DNA of 64,000 bases from assembly GCA_963663895.2 (NCBI GenBank), contig CAXXRD010000005.1:1-64000 (forward strand), written 5' to 3'. The number at the start of each line of letters is the position of its first letter. Position 1 is the first letter of the stretch. The notes under the pieces are model-generated. The model searched no databases, was not told where the DNA came from, and was given only the letters and a program-made list of their open reading frames with translations. Source of the stretch: Dehalococcoidia bacterium. Its GTDB lineage: Bacteria; Chloroflexota; Dehalococcoidia; Bin125. Both the position numbers and the translations under genes were made by a program. Shown here piece by piece: positions 41,132 through 50,321 of the stretch.

Positions 41132-41974
41132 CTAGCTTGGCGTCCAGGTCACGAGCACGATGGTATCCACCGGCCCTTTGAGCGCGTAGCCGTCGTCGCG
41201 CGCGACAAGATGATCGCCGATCACCTGTCGCAACAGACGCGCTTTATCCGATCCTGCACGCAGCCACAGCCGCCGGCGGGCATCGCTGGTCGCCGCCTCC
41301 CACGAGTCGAAGCCCCAGGCACGTTCGGTGATCTTTCGCAGCGCGGGGCGACGGCCGCGCGCTTCCAATAGACGCAGGAACTCAGGCAGCGCCGGCAACG
41401 GCGCGTAGGGCGATCCGTGGACGGCCTTCCACAAGCCTGCGAACGCTGCTCCCGGTGCGCGATCGAGCAGGAGCGCGACGCAAAGCCGTTTCGCCGCCGC
41501 CTCGAACGCTTCAAGGAAAGGGCCGATCGCCTCAACGTCGTAGCCGACGTGGGTGATCAACGCGACGTCCGCTTGCAGCGCGCGCTGGAGGGGCCAGCGT
41601 TCGCCGATCAGATCGAGGTTCTCGATGCCGTGCTGGGCGCGCACCTCCTCCAGCACCGTCCGCATCGCCTCACTGGGCTCGACGGCGACGACCCGCCGGA
41701 CATGGCGGGCCAGCGCCAGCGTGAAGCGGCCGCCTCCTGCGCCGACATCAAGCCAGGTCTCCTGGGGCTGCGCCAGCGCCAGCAGGGCGTTAAGGCAGGC
41801 ATCGTCCCTGCGGGTGGGATCGGCACGGAATCTCTCGGCGATGGGTGCGTAGAAGTCACTGCCGTCGTCCCGCTCGGCGAGGCGCTCCACCTGTGCGTTG
41901 TTGGCGCGCACGCGGGCTCTCCAGTCGGCGAGGCAGAGCGGGTAGTCCGGCATGCTTGTGCTCCCGCTGGTCAT
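41132..41974 (-). CDS. Class I SAM-dependent methyltransferase
   Basis: WLDVGAGGG and VVAVEPSEAM. Confidence 0.85.
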   Translation of the reverse strand: MTSGSTSMPDYPLCLADWRARVRANNAQVERLAERDDGSDFYAPIAERFRADPTRRDDACLNALLALAQPQETWLDVGAGGGRFTLALARHVRRVVAVEPSEAMRTVLEEVRAQHGIENLDLIGERWPLQRALQADVALITHVGYDVEAIGPFLEAFEAAAKRLCVALLLDRAPGAAFAGLWKAVHGSPYAPLPALPEFLRLLEARGRRPALRKITERAWGFDSWEAATSDARRRLWLRAGSDKARLLRQVIGDHLVARDDGYALKGPVDTIVLVTWTPS

Positions 41975-42084
41975 TCGATTGCCCGCCCTGCGGCGGCCGG
42001 CCCGGCGAGCGGAGATGCGCGACTCCACTGACGCGACCGCGCTACGGTAAGGGGGCGGCTCAGCTACAATTACTGGAGCATCTT

Positions 42085-42999
42085 ATGCATCCCGACTTGC
42101 ATCTCGACAAGCCTCCGCCACTGCGCACGCCCGCCATGATCCTGGCCTGGGGCGGCTGGAGCGACGCGGGCAGTGCCGCCACTCATGGCCTCCGTACGCT
42201 GGCCAACGCCATCGACGCGCAGCCCTGCGGGTCCATCGACCCGGAGAACTACTACGACTTTTCCGTGACGCGGCCGTTCGCCCGCTACCGCGATGGGGAG
42301 CGGGAGATCGTCTGGCCCAGCACGGACTTCTACTACGGCGCGCCGGCCGACGCCGATCGCGACTTGGGCATCGCCATCGGCTCCGAACCGGCCAATCGCT
42401 GGCGAAGCTACACGGAGGCGCTGTTTGACGGGGTGGAGGCCTTCGGCACCGAGCTGGTCATCTCACTGGCGGCGGTCGCCGCGCCCGTCCCCCATACGCG
42501 GCCCGTGGTGGTCTGGGGTGCCGCCAACACGGCTGCGCTGGCGGAGAAACATAACATGCAGCCCCCTGCTTACGAAGGGCCGACCGGCATCGTCGGCGTC
42601 TTCCACGACTACTGCCGTCGCAAAAGCGTCGGCGCGATCAGTCTCTGGGCGAGCGTGCCCCACTATCTCGGCGACACCACGAATCCCGTCGGATCACTGG
42701 CGTTGCTCGAGCGTCTGCAGAAGGTCCTCGATCTGCCCCTCCCGCTCGCCGGGCTGCGCTCGGAGATTTCGCAGTTCCAGGAACAGGTCGACCGTGCGAT
42801 CGCTCGTGACGATGACCTCGCCTCCTATGTGCGCCGCCTGGAATCGTCCGGCAGCCAGCTCGCCTCCTTCGAACCGCCCGCGCCGCGTTCGGAGGAACTG
42901 CCTCCGGCCGAGTCGCTGATCGAGGACTTGGAGCAGTTCCTGCGTGGCACCCAGCAAGATGGCTCCTCACAGCAAGAAGGCGAGCCTCGCGGTGGTTGA
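42085..42999 (+). CDS. PAC2 family protein (proteasome assembly chaperone-like), copy 1
   Basis: GWSDAG, IDPENYYDF..TRP, EP..RW, PHTRP, YEGPTGIVGV and WASVPHY. Confidence 0.88.
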   Translation: MHPDLHLDKPPPLRTPAMILAWGGWSDAGSAATHGLRTLANAIDAQPCGSIDPENYYDFSVTRPFARYRDGEREIVWPSTDFYYGAPADADRDLGIAIGSEPANRWRSYTEALFDGVEAFGTELVISLAAVAAPVPHTRPVVVWGAANTAALAEKHNMQPPAYEGPTGIVGVFHDYCRRKSVGAISLWASVPHYLGDTTNPVGSLALLERLQKVLDLPLPLAGLRSEISQFQEQVDRAIARDDDLASYVRRLESSGSQLASFEPPAPRSEELPPAESLIEDLEQFLRGTQQDGSSQQEGEPRGG

Positions 43000-43492
43000 T
43001 GTCCCCAGCGCCGACGACCACAAAGAGGCTTCCGAGAAAAGCCTCAATAAGATGTGGAAATTCGTCCGTTCCTACGCGGAGAAGAGCGGTACTTTTCTGC
43101 ACCCCCAGCCCGAGATCACCGAGGCGCTGGTGATCGGTCTCGCCAAGCATGTGGATGAGTTTGGGCGGCCCCTCTGTCCCTGCAACTTTTACGAGGACAA
43201 GGCGGAGGAAGTTAAATCATCGACCTGGATCTGCCCGTGCGACGAGATGCAGAAGTGGAAGTACTGCCACTGACTGCTCTTTTGCGATCCGGAAGGTCTT
43301 CCGATCACCGAGTACCTCCCCAAAGACCACGAAGGCCGTGAGATCTATGGGGTGATTCGGGACCCGACGCCCGACAAAGGGCGGGCGATCGGGAGGCTGC
43401 AGGAGAAGACGGGCCGCACGATTCAGAAAAAGAAGCGGGGAGAGGAAAAGAAGCGAGGAGATAGCGAGAGCGTCAAGGACTCGGGCGGCTAA
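42992..43492 (+). CDS. ftrB: Ferredoxin-thioredoxin reductase catalytic subunit-like protein, probable selenoprotein (CH-U, TGA at 43271-43273)
   Basis: GLAKH...GRPLCPC...WICPC...KYCH-TGA-LLF matches the FTR CPC/CPC/CHC-xLF pattern. The frame stays open for 72 more sense codons to TAA at 43490-92. Confidence 0.85.
43274..43315 (+). promoter_or_regulatory. Candidate bacterial SECIS element
   Basis: Immediately 3' of the TGA: TGCTC pairs with GAGTA, GAT pairs with ATC, and CGGAA-[GGTC loop]-TTCCG forms the apical stem. The loop begins with G about 22 nt after the UGA. Confidence 0.7.
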
Positions 43493-43627
43493 ACGGCCGT
43501 GCTCGGTCCGTCGGTTGCGCTGAGGGTGCTTCGCTTGCTTGCTCGGGGTCGCGCCCCGCCGCTACTCTGAGCCGTAATCAGTCACGCGCCGGACGAGCAG
43601 CGGGCCGCGCGGCATCGGGATGGAGCT

Positions 43628-43933
43628 ATGGCGAAGAAAAGCCAGGTCGCCCGCGACGCGAAGCGCCGCGCCATGTACGACAAGCACAGCGCGCGCCGCG
43701 CCGAACTCAAGGCCAAGCTCAAGACTTCCTGGGACGCTCCCATGGCTCGCTCGGAGATTCAGGCTGAGTTGCAGTCGATGCCGCGCAATAGCAGCCCGAC
43801 CCGGCTCAAGAACCGCTGCGCCGTCACGGGACGATCGCGAGGCTACATGCGCAAGTTCGGGCTCTCCCGCATCAGCTTCCGGGAGATGGCTTCCGAAGGT
43901 CTCTTGCCGGGTATTCGCAAGGCCTCCTGGTAG
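43628..43933 (+). CDS. rpsN: 30S ribosomal protein S14, long zinc-independent (C-) form, standalone
   Basis: MAKKS...[35 protein letters not shown]...PGIRKASW, with only one Cys. Confidence 0.97.
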   Translation: MAKKSQVARDAKRRAMYDKHSARRAELKAKLKTSWDAPMARSEIQAELQSMPRNSSPTRLKNRCAVTGRSRGYMRKFGLSRISFREMASEGLLPGIRKASW

Positions 43934-44111
43934 CGCGCGCGGCTCGCTCTTTCTCTCCGATCGCCTTCCCGTCCCAGCGAGCTGTGCTCTGCCCGTTCCG
44001 GCGGCCCCTTGCTTCGCTCGTGAGGGATCTGTGCTTTGGGAGACACCGCGCGAGGATCTGATCGCCCTCGGTTGATCCCGTGGCCGCCTTCGCCGTCGGT
44101 AGGTCCAGGTC

Positions 44112-44348
44112 TTAGTCCGCGTCTGGCGGAGAGATCTGTAGCGCGCGCTCCTTGCGCTCCGCGCGGCGCCGGGCTCGGGCCAGCGAGCGCGCCATCATGC
44201 CGTCGAGGTAGGTGGGGTCGTAGCGCCGTCGATAGCGGGGCGGCATGAGTTCGCCGAGCACGACGCGATCAAACGGTCGCCGAGCTTTCCGAGCGTGCTC
44301 TCCCCCGGTGCGGGCGATCGGGAGCAAGGAGCGCAAGCCTCTGGTCAT
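44112..44348 (-). CDS. Possible small basic protein divergent from the iron ABC operon
   Basis: 78 aa ORF filling an otherwise empty gap; no motif recognised. Confidence 0.3.
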   Translation of the reverse strand: MTRGLRSLLPIARTGGEHARKARRPFDRVVLGELMPPRYRRRYDPTYLDGMMARSLARARRRAERKERALQISPPDAD

Positions 44349-44440
44349 CGATCCATCGCCGCTGCTGGAACGAGCAACTCTCCTATCGGCTTAGTGTAAT
44401 GATACCACATCTTACTGTGCAAGGCCTCTTACTCTCTATA

Positions 44441-44482
44441 AAAATAGGTATTGATAATATGTATTAAGATTACCTAATATTT
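44441..44482. promoter_or_regulatory. AT-rich inverted repeat, candidate iron-dependent repressor operator (DtxR/IdeR or Fur type)
   Basis: AAATAGGTATTGATAATATGTATTAAGATTACCTAATATTT contains TAGGTA...TAATA/TATTA...TACCTA symmetry and lies upstream of an Fe3+ ABC operon. Confidence 0.65.
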
Positions 44483-44563
44483 GGCACGGCTTCCGATGAC
44501 GCACACGACACCCGGCTGATCCAACACCTTGGATCGCAGACCGCAACAGGAGGACCCCAACCC

Positions 44564-45787
44564 GTGGCTGCTTCAATCCCAAGGCGATCGCCTTACCTTC
44601 TCATCGCCATAGCGTTATTGGCTTTCGCCCTGGTTGCCGCATGCGGCGGCGACGACGGCGATAGCTCCGCTGCTCCGCAACCATCGGTGGCCGAACAACC
44701 GGCCGCTGAGCCTGCTCCCCCGGAACCGGTGTCCGCTCCAGAGCCGGCGGCGGTCGAGGAGGAGATGCCTGCTGCGGAGGAGATGCCCGCTGAGGAAGAG
44801 ATGTCCGCCCAGGAGGAGATGCCCGCCCAACAGACCGTCTCCGAAGCCGACGTGGATGGTCCGCAGACACTTACGGTCTACTCCGGCCGCAAGGAATCGC
44901 TCGTGGGGCCGCTGCTCGATCAGTTCGAAGTTGATACCGGCATCGATGTGCGGGTCCGCTACGGCGGCACCGCGGAGCTCGCGGTGGCTATCCTGGAAGA
45001 GGGCGACCGCTCGCCCGCAGATGTCTTCTTTGCTCAGGACGCCGGTGCCTTGGGGGCGCTACAGGACCACGGCCGCTTCCTCGATCTGGATGATGCACTC
45101 CTGAACCGGGTCGATGCCGTGTTCCGCTCCGCGACCGGCGGTTGGGTCGGTGCGTCCGGCCGCGCGCGCGTCGTCGTGTACTCCACCCAGCTGAGTGAGG
45201 AGGAGCTTCCTGCTTCCATCTTCGATCTGATTGAGCCGGAGTGGAGTGGACGTGTGGGCTGGGCCCCGACCAATGGCTCCTTCCAGGCTTTCGTCACGGC
45301 GATGCGCCAGGTCCACGGTGACGCGGCGACCGCTGACTGGCTCCGCGCCATGATCGACAATGGTGTGCAGGAATATCCTAAGAACACTCCCATTGTGCAG
45401 GCGGTGGGCGACGGGGAGATCGACGTTGGGCTCGTCAACCACTACTACCTCTGGCGCTTCATCACCGAAGATCCCGATTTTCCCGCCGCCAACCACTACA
45501 CCGACGCGGGCGAGCCGGGTGCTCTTGTGAACGTCGCGGGAGTCGGTATCTTGGATTCCTCGACTAATCAGGAGGCCGCGCGTGCGTTCGTCGACTATTT
45601 GCTGAGTGAGACGGCGCAACAGTACTTCGCGACGGAGACGCATGAGTACCCGCTGATCACGGGTGTCGATCCCAACCCCGGCATCCCCGGTCTCGACACG
45701 CTCGACCCGCCCTCACTCGCGCTCACCTCGCTCGCTGATCTGGAAGGGACACTCAATCTCTTAAGGGAAGTCGGCGCGCTGCCTTAA
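44564..45787 (+). CDS. fbpA: Fe3+ ABC transporter substrate-binding lipoprotein (FbpA/AfuA/FutA-like)
   Basis: Lipobox LVAAC, LTVYSGR, SPADVFFAQD, GWAPTNGSFQ, and the VNHYY iron-binding tyrosines. Confidence 0.9.
   Translation: MAASIPRRSPYLLIAIALLAFALVAACGGDDGDSSAAPQPSVAEQPAAEPAPPEPVSAPEPAAVEEEMPAAEEMPAEEEMSAQEEMPAQQTVSEADVDGPQTLTVYSGRKESLVGPLLDQFEVDTGIDVRVRYGGTAELAVAILEEGDRSPADVFFAQDAGALGALQDHGRFLDLDDALLNRVDAVFRSATGGWVGASGRARVVVYSTQLSEEELPASIFDLIEPEWSGRVGWAPTNGSFQAFVTAMRQVHGDAATADWLRAMIDNGVQEYPKNTPIVQAVGDGEIDVGLVNHYYLWRFITEDPDFPAANHYTDAGEPGALVNVAGVGILDSSTNQEAARAFVDYLLSETAQQYFATETHEYPLITGVDPNPGIPGLDTLDPPSLALTSLADLEGTLNLLREVGALP
44756..44827 (+). repeat. Four 18 bp tandem repeats encoding xEEM[PS]A in the lipoprotein linker
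   Basis: GAGGAGGAGATGCCTGCT / GCGGAGGAGATGCCCGCT / GAGGAAGAGATGTCCGCC / CAGGAGGAGATGCCCGCC. Confidence 0.85.
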
Positions 45788-45806
45788 GGCAGCGCCTCCC
45801 CGCTCC

Positions 45807-47414
45807 ATGGCCGGAGTCGCTGCTCGCTCAACGGTTCTCGCTCACCGTAGGCGGCTCCCAGGCCCAGCATGGCCGCTGGCCCTCGTTGTGGCCGCGGCCA
45901 TGTTGCTTCCCCTTATCTATCTCATCATCCGGGCGCTTGATGCCGACGCGGCCGCCTGGAGCGCATTGGGTGACGCGTCCTCCCTGCGCCTTGTCCTGCG
46001 TACGGCCCTCCTCGCCCTCGCCGTCGCCGGCGCCTCGCTGGTGCTGGCGCTTCCAATGGCTTGGCTCACGGTTCGGACCGATCTCCCGCTTCGCCGGCTA
46101 TGGAGCGTGCTTGCGATCGTCCCGCTCGTCATCCCCAGCTATGTTGGTGCGGTTGCGTTCATAGCTGCGTTCGGTCCTCGCGGCACTCTGCAGGAGATCC
46201 TCTCGCCGCTGGGAGTCGATACCGTCCCGCAGATTTACGGCTTTCCAGGCGCCTTCCTGGCTCTCACGCTGTTCAGCTACCCCTACCTCCTCCTGGTTCT
46301 GCGGGCGGGCTTGCGCGGGATCGATCCGGCACTCGAGGATGCCTCCCGCAGCCTGGGGATGGGATCCTGGCGGACGTTTTTCCGCGTGACCGTCCCGCAG
46401 CTGCGGGTACCCATCACGGCGGGGTCCCTGCTTGTGGCGCTCTACGTCGTATCGGACTTCGGCGCCGTGTCGCTTTTACGGACCGATACCCTCACCCGCG
46501 CCATCTTCATCCAGTACCAGACCTCGTTCGACCGGGCGGCGGCGGCCGTGCTCGGACTTGAGCTCGTCGGGCTGGTCGCACTCATTCTGGTGCTGGAGTG
46601 GCTGTATCGCAGACGCGGTCGCTTCCACGGCGCCGGCCCAGGCACACCCGGACCGCCGCGGCTCCTGCGGCTGGGCCGTTGGCGTTGGCCGGCGCTCGCC
46701 TTTCTCGCCGTGATCGTGCTTGTCGCCTTGGGCGTGCCCGTGGGCGTCCTCCTGCATTGGCTCGTGCGGGGGCTGCAAGCCGGTGAACCGTTCGCGGGCG
46801 CATGGGGCGCCGCGCTCAACTCCGCCTGGGTCTCTGCGGTGGCGGGGCTGGTGGCGGTGGTCGTGGCGATTCCCGTCGCGATCGTCGCCGTGCGCAAGCC
46901 GTCGCCGCTCGCGGCCTTGGTGGAGCGCGTCGGCTATACGGGCTTTGCCCTCCCCGGCATCGTGGTCGCGCTGTCGCTGGTGTTCTTCGGTTTGCGGGTC
47001 GTACCGGCCGTGTACCAGAGTTGGGTGCTGCTGGTTTTCGCCTATCTCGTGCTCTTTTTCCCGCTGGCGCTGGGGGGCATCCGGACTTCGTTGGTCCAGA
47101 TCCGTCCCGGGATCGAAGAGGCCGCCCGCAGCTTGGGCGGATCGCCGGGGCGCGTGCTGGCCACGATCACGATTCCCCTGCTCGTCCCTGGACTCGTGAG
47201 CGGCTTTGCGCTGGTTTTCCTCACCGCTATGAAAGAATTGCCCGCGACGCTCCTTCTCGCACCGATCGGATTTGATACCCTCGCTACTGAAGTATGGTCT
47301 GCCTCTTCCGAAGCCTTCTTCGCCCGTGCGGCGGCGCCTGCACTCATTCTGATCCTCGTGGCGGCGCTGCCGCTGGCGCTGTTGGTCGCCCGTGAACACC
47401 GAGTTGAACGCTGA
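45807..47414 (+). CDS. fbpB: Fe3+ ABC transporter permease (two TM modules)
   Basis: PLVIPSYVGA, two EAA loops (LEDASRSLG, IEEAARSLG), SDFGAV and MKELPATLLL. Confidence 0.9.
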   Translation: MAGVAARSTVLAHRRRLPGPAWPLALVVAAAMLLPLIYLIIRALDADAAAWSALGDASSLRLVLRTALLALAVAGASLVLALPMAWLTVRTDLPLRRLWSVLAIVPLVIPSYVGAVAFIAAFGPRGTLQEILSPLGVDTVPQIYGFPGAFLALTLFSYPYLLLVLRAGLRGIDPALEDASRSLGMGSWRTFFRVTVPQLRVPITAGSLLVALYVVSDFGAVSLLRTDTLTRAIFIQYQTSFDRAAAAVLGLELVGLVALILVLEWLYRRRGRFHGAGPGTPGPPRLLRLGRWRWPALAFLAVIVLVALGVPVGVLLHWLVRGLQAGEPFAGAWGAALNSAWVSAVAGLVAVVVAIPVAIVAVRKPSPLAALVERVGYTGFALPGIVVALSLVFFGLRVVPAVYQSWVLLVFAYLVLFFPLALGGIRTSLVQIRPGIEEAARSLGGSPGRVLATITIPLLVPGLVSGFALVFLTAMKELPATLLLAPIGFDTLATEVWSASSEAFFARAAAPALILILVAALPLALLVAREHRVER

Positions 47415-48588
47415 GGCGCCGGCTGCGTTGGAGTGTGCGGGCCTGCGGAAGAGCTTCGCGCAGGGTTCGGCTCGCGAGGTGCGCGCCGTTGACGATCTGT
47501 CCCTGACCGTCCGCTCCGGTGAAACCGTCGCTCTCCTTGGTCCCAGCGGCTGCGGCAAGACTACGACCCTGCGGCTCATCGCCGGCTTCGAGTGGCCCGA
47601 CATGGGGCGCGTGGTGATCGCGGGACGTGAGGTGGTCGGCGCGGGCGCCTTCCTCCCTCCCGAGCGGCGCCGGGTGGGAATGGTCTTTCAGGACTATGCG
47701 CTCTTCCCCCATCTCACCGTGGCGGACAATGTCGCCTACGGCTTGGAGAATTCTACCGTCGGGCGCTGGACTCCTGCCCTGCGGCGTCCCCTCGCTGCGC
47801 TTCGTGGCCGCTTTCGCTTTGGTAGCGCTGCGGCGGCGGCGATCGACGCGCGTGTTCAGGAGGCGCTTGAGCTTGTGGCGCTGCCGCACGTCGCCGGGCG
47901 CTTCCCGCACGAGCTTTCCGGCGGTGAGGCGCAGCGTGTCGCGCTTGCGCGGGCGCTGGCGCCGGGGCCCGCGCTGCTGTTGCTGGATGAACCCTTCTCA
48001 AACCTGGATGCGCCGCTCCGCGCCAGCGTTCGGAGCGAGGTGCGTGAGATCCTGCGCCGTGCTTCCACCGCGTCCATCTTCGTTACCCACGATCAAGAGG
48101 AGGCGTTCGCTATCGCCGATAGGGTGGCCGTACAACTGCGAGGTCGGATCGAGCAAGTGGGTTCGCCCGTCGAGATTTACCATCGCCCTGCGACACGCAG
48201 CGTCGCTGCTTTCGTTGGAGAGGCCGACTTCCTTCCCGGCACCTTGACGTCCGACGGCGTCGAGACCGAGATCGGCCGCATCCCGATCGAAGACGATTCC
48301 GGCGCGGCTGCCGGATCGGTCGATGTGATGCTGCGCCCCGAACGCGTTCAGCTCGCTGCGGCGGGCGCTACGGGGCCGGGTCATGGTCAGGCGGTCGTCG
48401 AGCGGCGGGAATTTTACGGTCACGATCAGCTCGTGACGTTGCGTCTCGATTCAGGAGCACGTATCCGCGCGCGTCTCGGTCCCGATGCCGATTTTCCTCC
48501 GGGACGCCGCGCCAGCGTCTTCGCGACGGGCGCGGGGATCGTCTACCCGCCGCTCTCCGGCGCTCAAGGACCGGTGCTGGGAGAGTGA
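47392..48588 (+). CDS. fbpC: Fe3+ ABC transporter ATP-binding protein with a TOBE domain
   Basis: GPSGCGKTT, GMVFQDYALFPHL, LSGGEAQRVALARAL, DEPFSNLD and VTHDQEEA. Confidence 0.9.
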   Translation: MNTELNAEAPAALECAGLRKSFAQGSAREVRAVDDLSLTVRSGETVALLGPSGCGKTTTLRLIAGFEWPDMGRVVIAGREVVGAGAFLPPERRRVGMVFQDYALFPHLTVADNVAYGLENSTVGRWTPALRRPLAALRGRFRFGSAAAAAIDARVQEALELVALPHVAGRFPHELSGGEAQRVALARALAPGPALLLLDEPFSNLDAPLRASVRSEVREILRRASTASIFVTHDQEEAFAIADRVAVQLRGRIEQVGSPVEIYHRPATRSVAAFVGEADFLPGTLTSDGVETEIGRIPIEDDSGAAAGSVDVMLRPERVQLAAAGATGPGHGQAVVERREFYGHDQLVTLRLDSGARIRARLGPDADFPPGRRASVFATGAGIVYPPLSGAQGPVLGE

Positions 48589-48847
48589 GTCACGCCCTGC
48601 ACAGGATGGCCGAGCGCTTCGCCAACTCGCCGGCGGGCAGTGCAAGACCATCGCCCGGACGCTGGCGGCGATCGGTGCGCTGATCGATCTGCCGATGGGG
48701 CTACCCCGTGCCTGTCTCCGTGCGCTCTTTTCCCTGGGAGCGGGAGACCGCCGCCACGGCCGGCTGGGCTCCGCCGGGCGACGCTCTCTGCTCTTTCGCT
48801 TATCATGCCCCTTGCTGTCGCGGCCCAGCAGCGCGAAGGGAACCACC

Positions 48848-49369
48848 ATGAAAGAGACTGCCTTCCTCCATCACTTTATCGGCAAGCTCCACGACGACAT
48901 CGCCAAGGCTGTCGGCGAGCTGTCGGACGAGCAGCTCTACTACTACCCGGAGGGGGGCGTGCACGCTGCCTTCCACGCGTGGCACGTCATTCGTACGGTG
49001 GACAACGTGATTAACTTCGTGTGCCAGGACCGCAAGCGGCCCGTGTGGATGCGCCAGAATCTCCACGAGGAATGGAGTTTGCCAAAGGCCGCGCAGGGCA
49101 CCGGCATGGATCTTGCCCAGGCCCAGGCGCTCCGCCTCCCCAGCAACCAGGAATTTCAAAGCTACATCGCCGCTGTGAAGAGCGATGTGCTCGGCTACTT
49201 CGACGCGATCGATGACAACGATCTGGCGGTCGAGACGGAGGTGAAGCCGTTCGGCGTGAAGCCGAAGCTGCAGCACATCGGGCAGACCATCCTCTCGCAT
49301 GGCGGCACCCACCTGGGGCAGATCAAGATGTTGCGCACGATGCAGGGTCTGAAGGGCGATGAGATCTAG
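48848..49369 (+). CDS. DinB family four-helix bundle protein
   Basis: AWH...D and HGGTHLGQI His triad. Confidence 0.8.
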   Translation: MKETAFLHHFIGKLHDDIAKAVGELSDEQLYYYPEGGVHAAFHAWHVIRTVDNVINFVCQDRKRPVWMRQNLHEEWSLPKAAQGTGMDLAQAQALRLPSNQEFQSYIAAVKSDVLGYFDAIDDNDLAVETEVKPFGVKPKLQHIGQTILSHGGTHLGQIKMLRTMQGLKGDEI

Positions 49370-49370
49370 C

Positions 49371-50321
49371 TCAGCCCGAGCGCGGTCCCTGCGGCGGCGC
49401 GCTTAGCACGGGCCCGGCGCGGAGTTCCGCGGCGATCATTGCCAGCGCCGCTGCGTCGTCGTTGCGTGCGGCGCGCGCCGCTGCGCGGACCGAGACAGCG
49501 GTACCCAACAGCCGCACGCGCCGCAGCACATCCGCGCCTATGCGCCCGCCTCCGCGCCGGTAGGCATCTACGACGCGCCAGCTGAACTCGGCGCCGGTGC
49601 AGCGCACCAATCCCGCGAAGTCGATCGCCGGGTCCCCGAGCGCGGCACTCTGAAACCCGTCGACCGCGATCAGCTCCGTCTGCTCGGGATCGACGAGCAG
49701 ATCGCCGGGCCGCAGATCGCCGTGCACCAAGGTTGGCTCATCGCTCCAATTGCGATCATCCGCCGTGAAGTTGCGCCACCAGCGCCGCAAGCGTCCGAAC
49801 TCGGAGAAGCTGAGCTCCCCGCGCAGTGGCGGCAAGCCCTCGCGTCCCGCCTCATCGAGATGCTGGCGCCAAGCCCGCGGCCCCGGGACGGCGAGACCCT
49901 GCGCCTGTTTGACCGGAAAGCGGTGCAATCCGAGGAGGAACGTCGCGATCGACCCCGCCACCCGCGTGATCAATCGGTCCGGTACCGTCTCTACGCTCAG
50001 GGGCACGCCCGGCAGCTGTCGCTGCCCCCAGAGGCCGAAGGGCGCCTCATCGGAGGGACCGCTCTCCCAGGCGGGCTGGGACAGCGTGGGCTCAACGTGA
50101 CCGCGCAGGAAGGGAAGCAGGCGTGTCTGGACGCCGGCGGCATCGACGCCTCGCTCGCTCAGGGGTAGGTGAAAGCGCTCGCCCCCGGCCGTTCGCACGA
50201 CCAGCAAGTCGGCGTCGCGCTCGACGAGCGTCAGCGGCTCGACATCCCGGAGGTTCGGCGCCGCCGTTCGTACCGCGACTGCACAGCGTGCTAGTTCGAG
50301 ATCGTCTGCGGCGGTGATCAC
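49371..50321 (-). CDS. Aminoglycoside phosphotransferase / kinase-like family protein
   Basis: FLLGLH, LVHGDLRPGDLL, IAVDGF and GDPAIDFA. The catalytic motifs are somewhat divergent. Confidence 0.75.
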   Translation of the reverse strand: MITAADDLELARCAVAVRTAAPNLRDVEPLTLVERDADLLVVRTAGGERFHLPLSERGVDAAGVQTRLLPFLRGHVEPTLSQPAWESGPSDEAPFGLWGQRQLPGVPLSVETVPDRLITRVAGSIATFLLGLHRFPVKQAQGLAVPGPRAWRQHLDEAGREGLPPLRGELSFSEFGRLRRWWRNFTADDRNWSDEPTLVHGDLRPGDLLVDPEQTELIAVDGFQSAALGDPAIDFAGLVRCTGAEFSWRVVDAYRRGGGRIGADVLRRVRLLGTAVSVRAAARAARNDDAAALAMIAAELRAGPVLSAPPQGPRSG

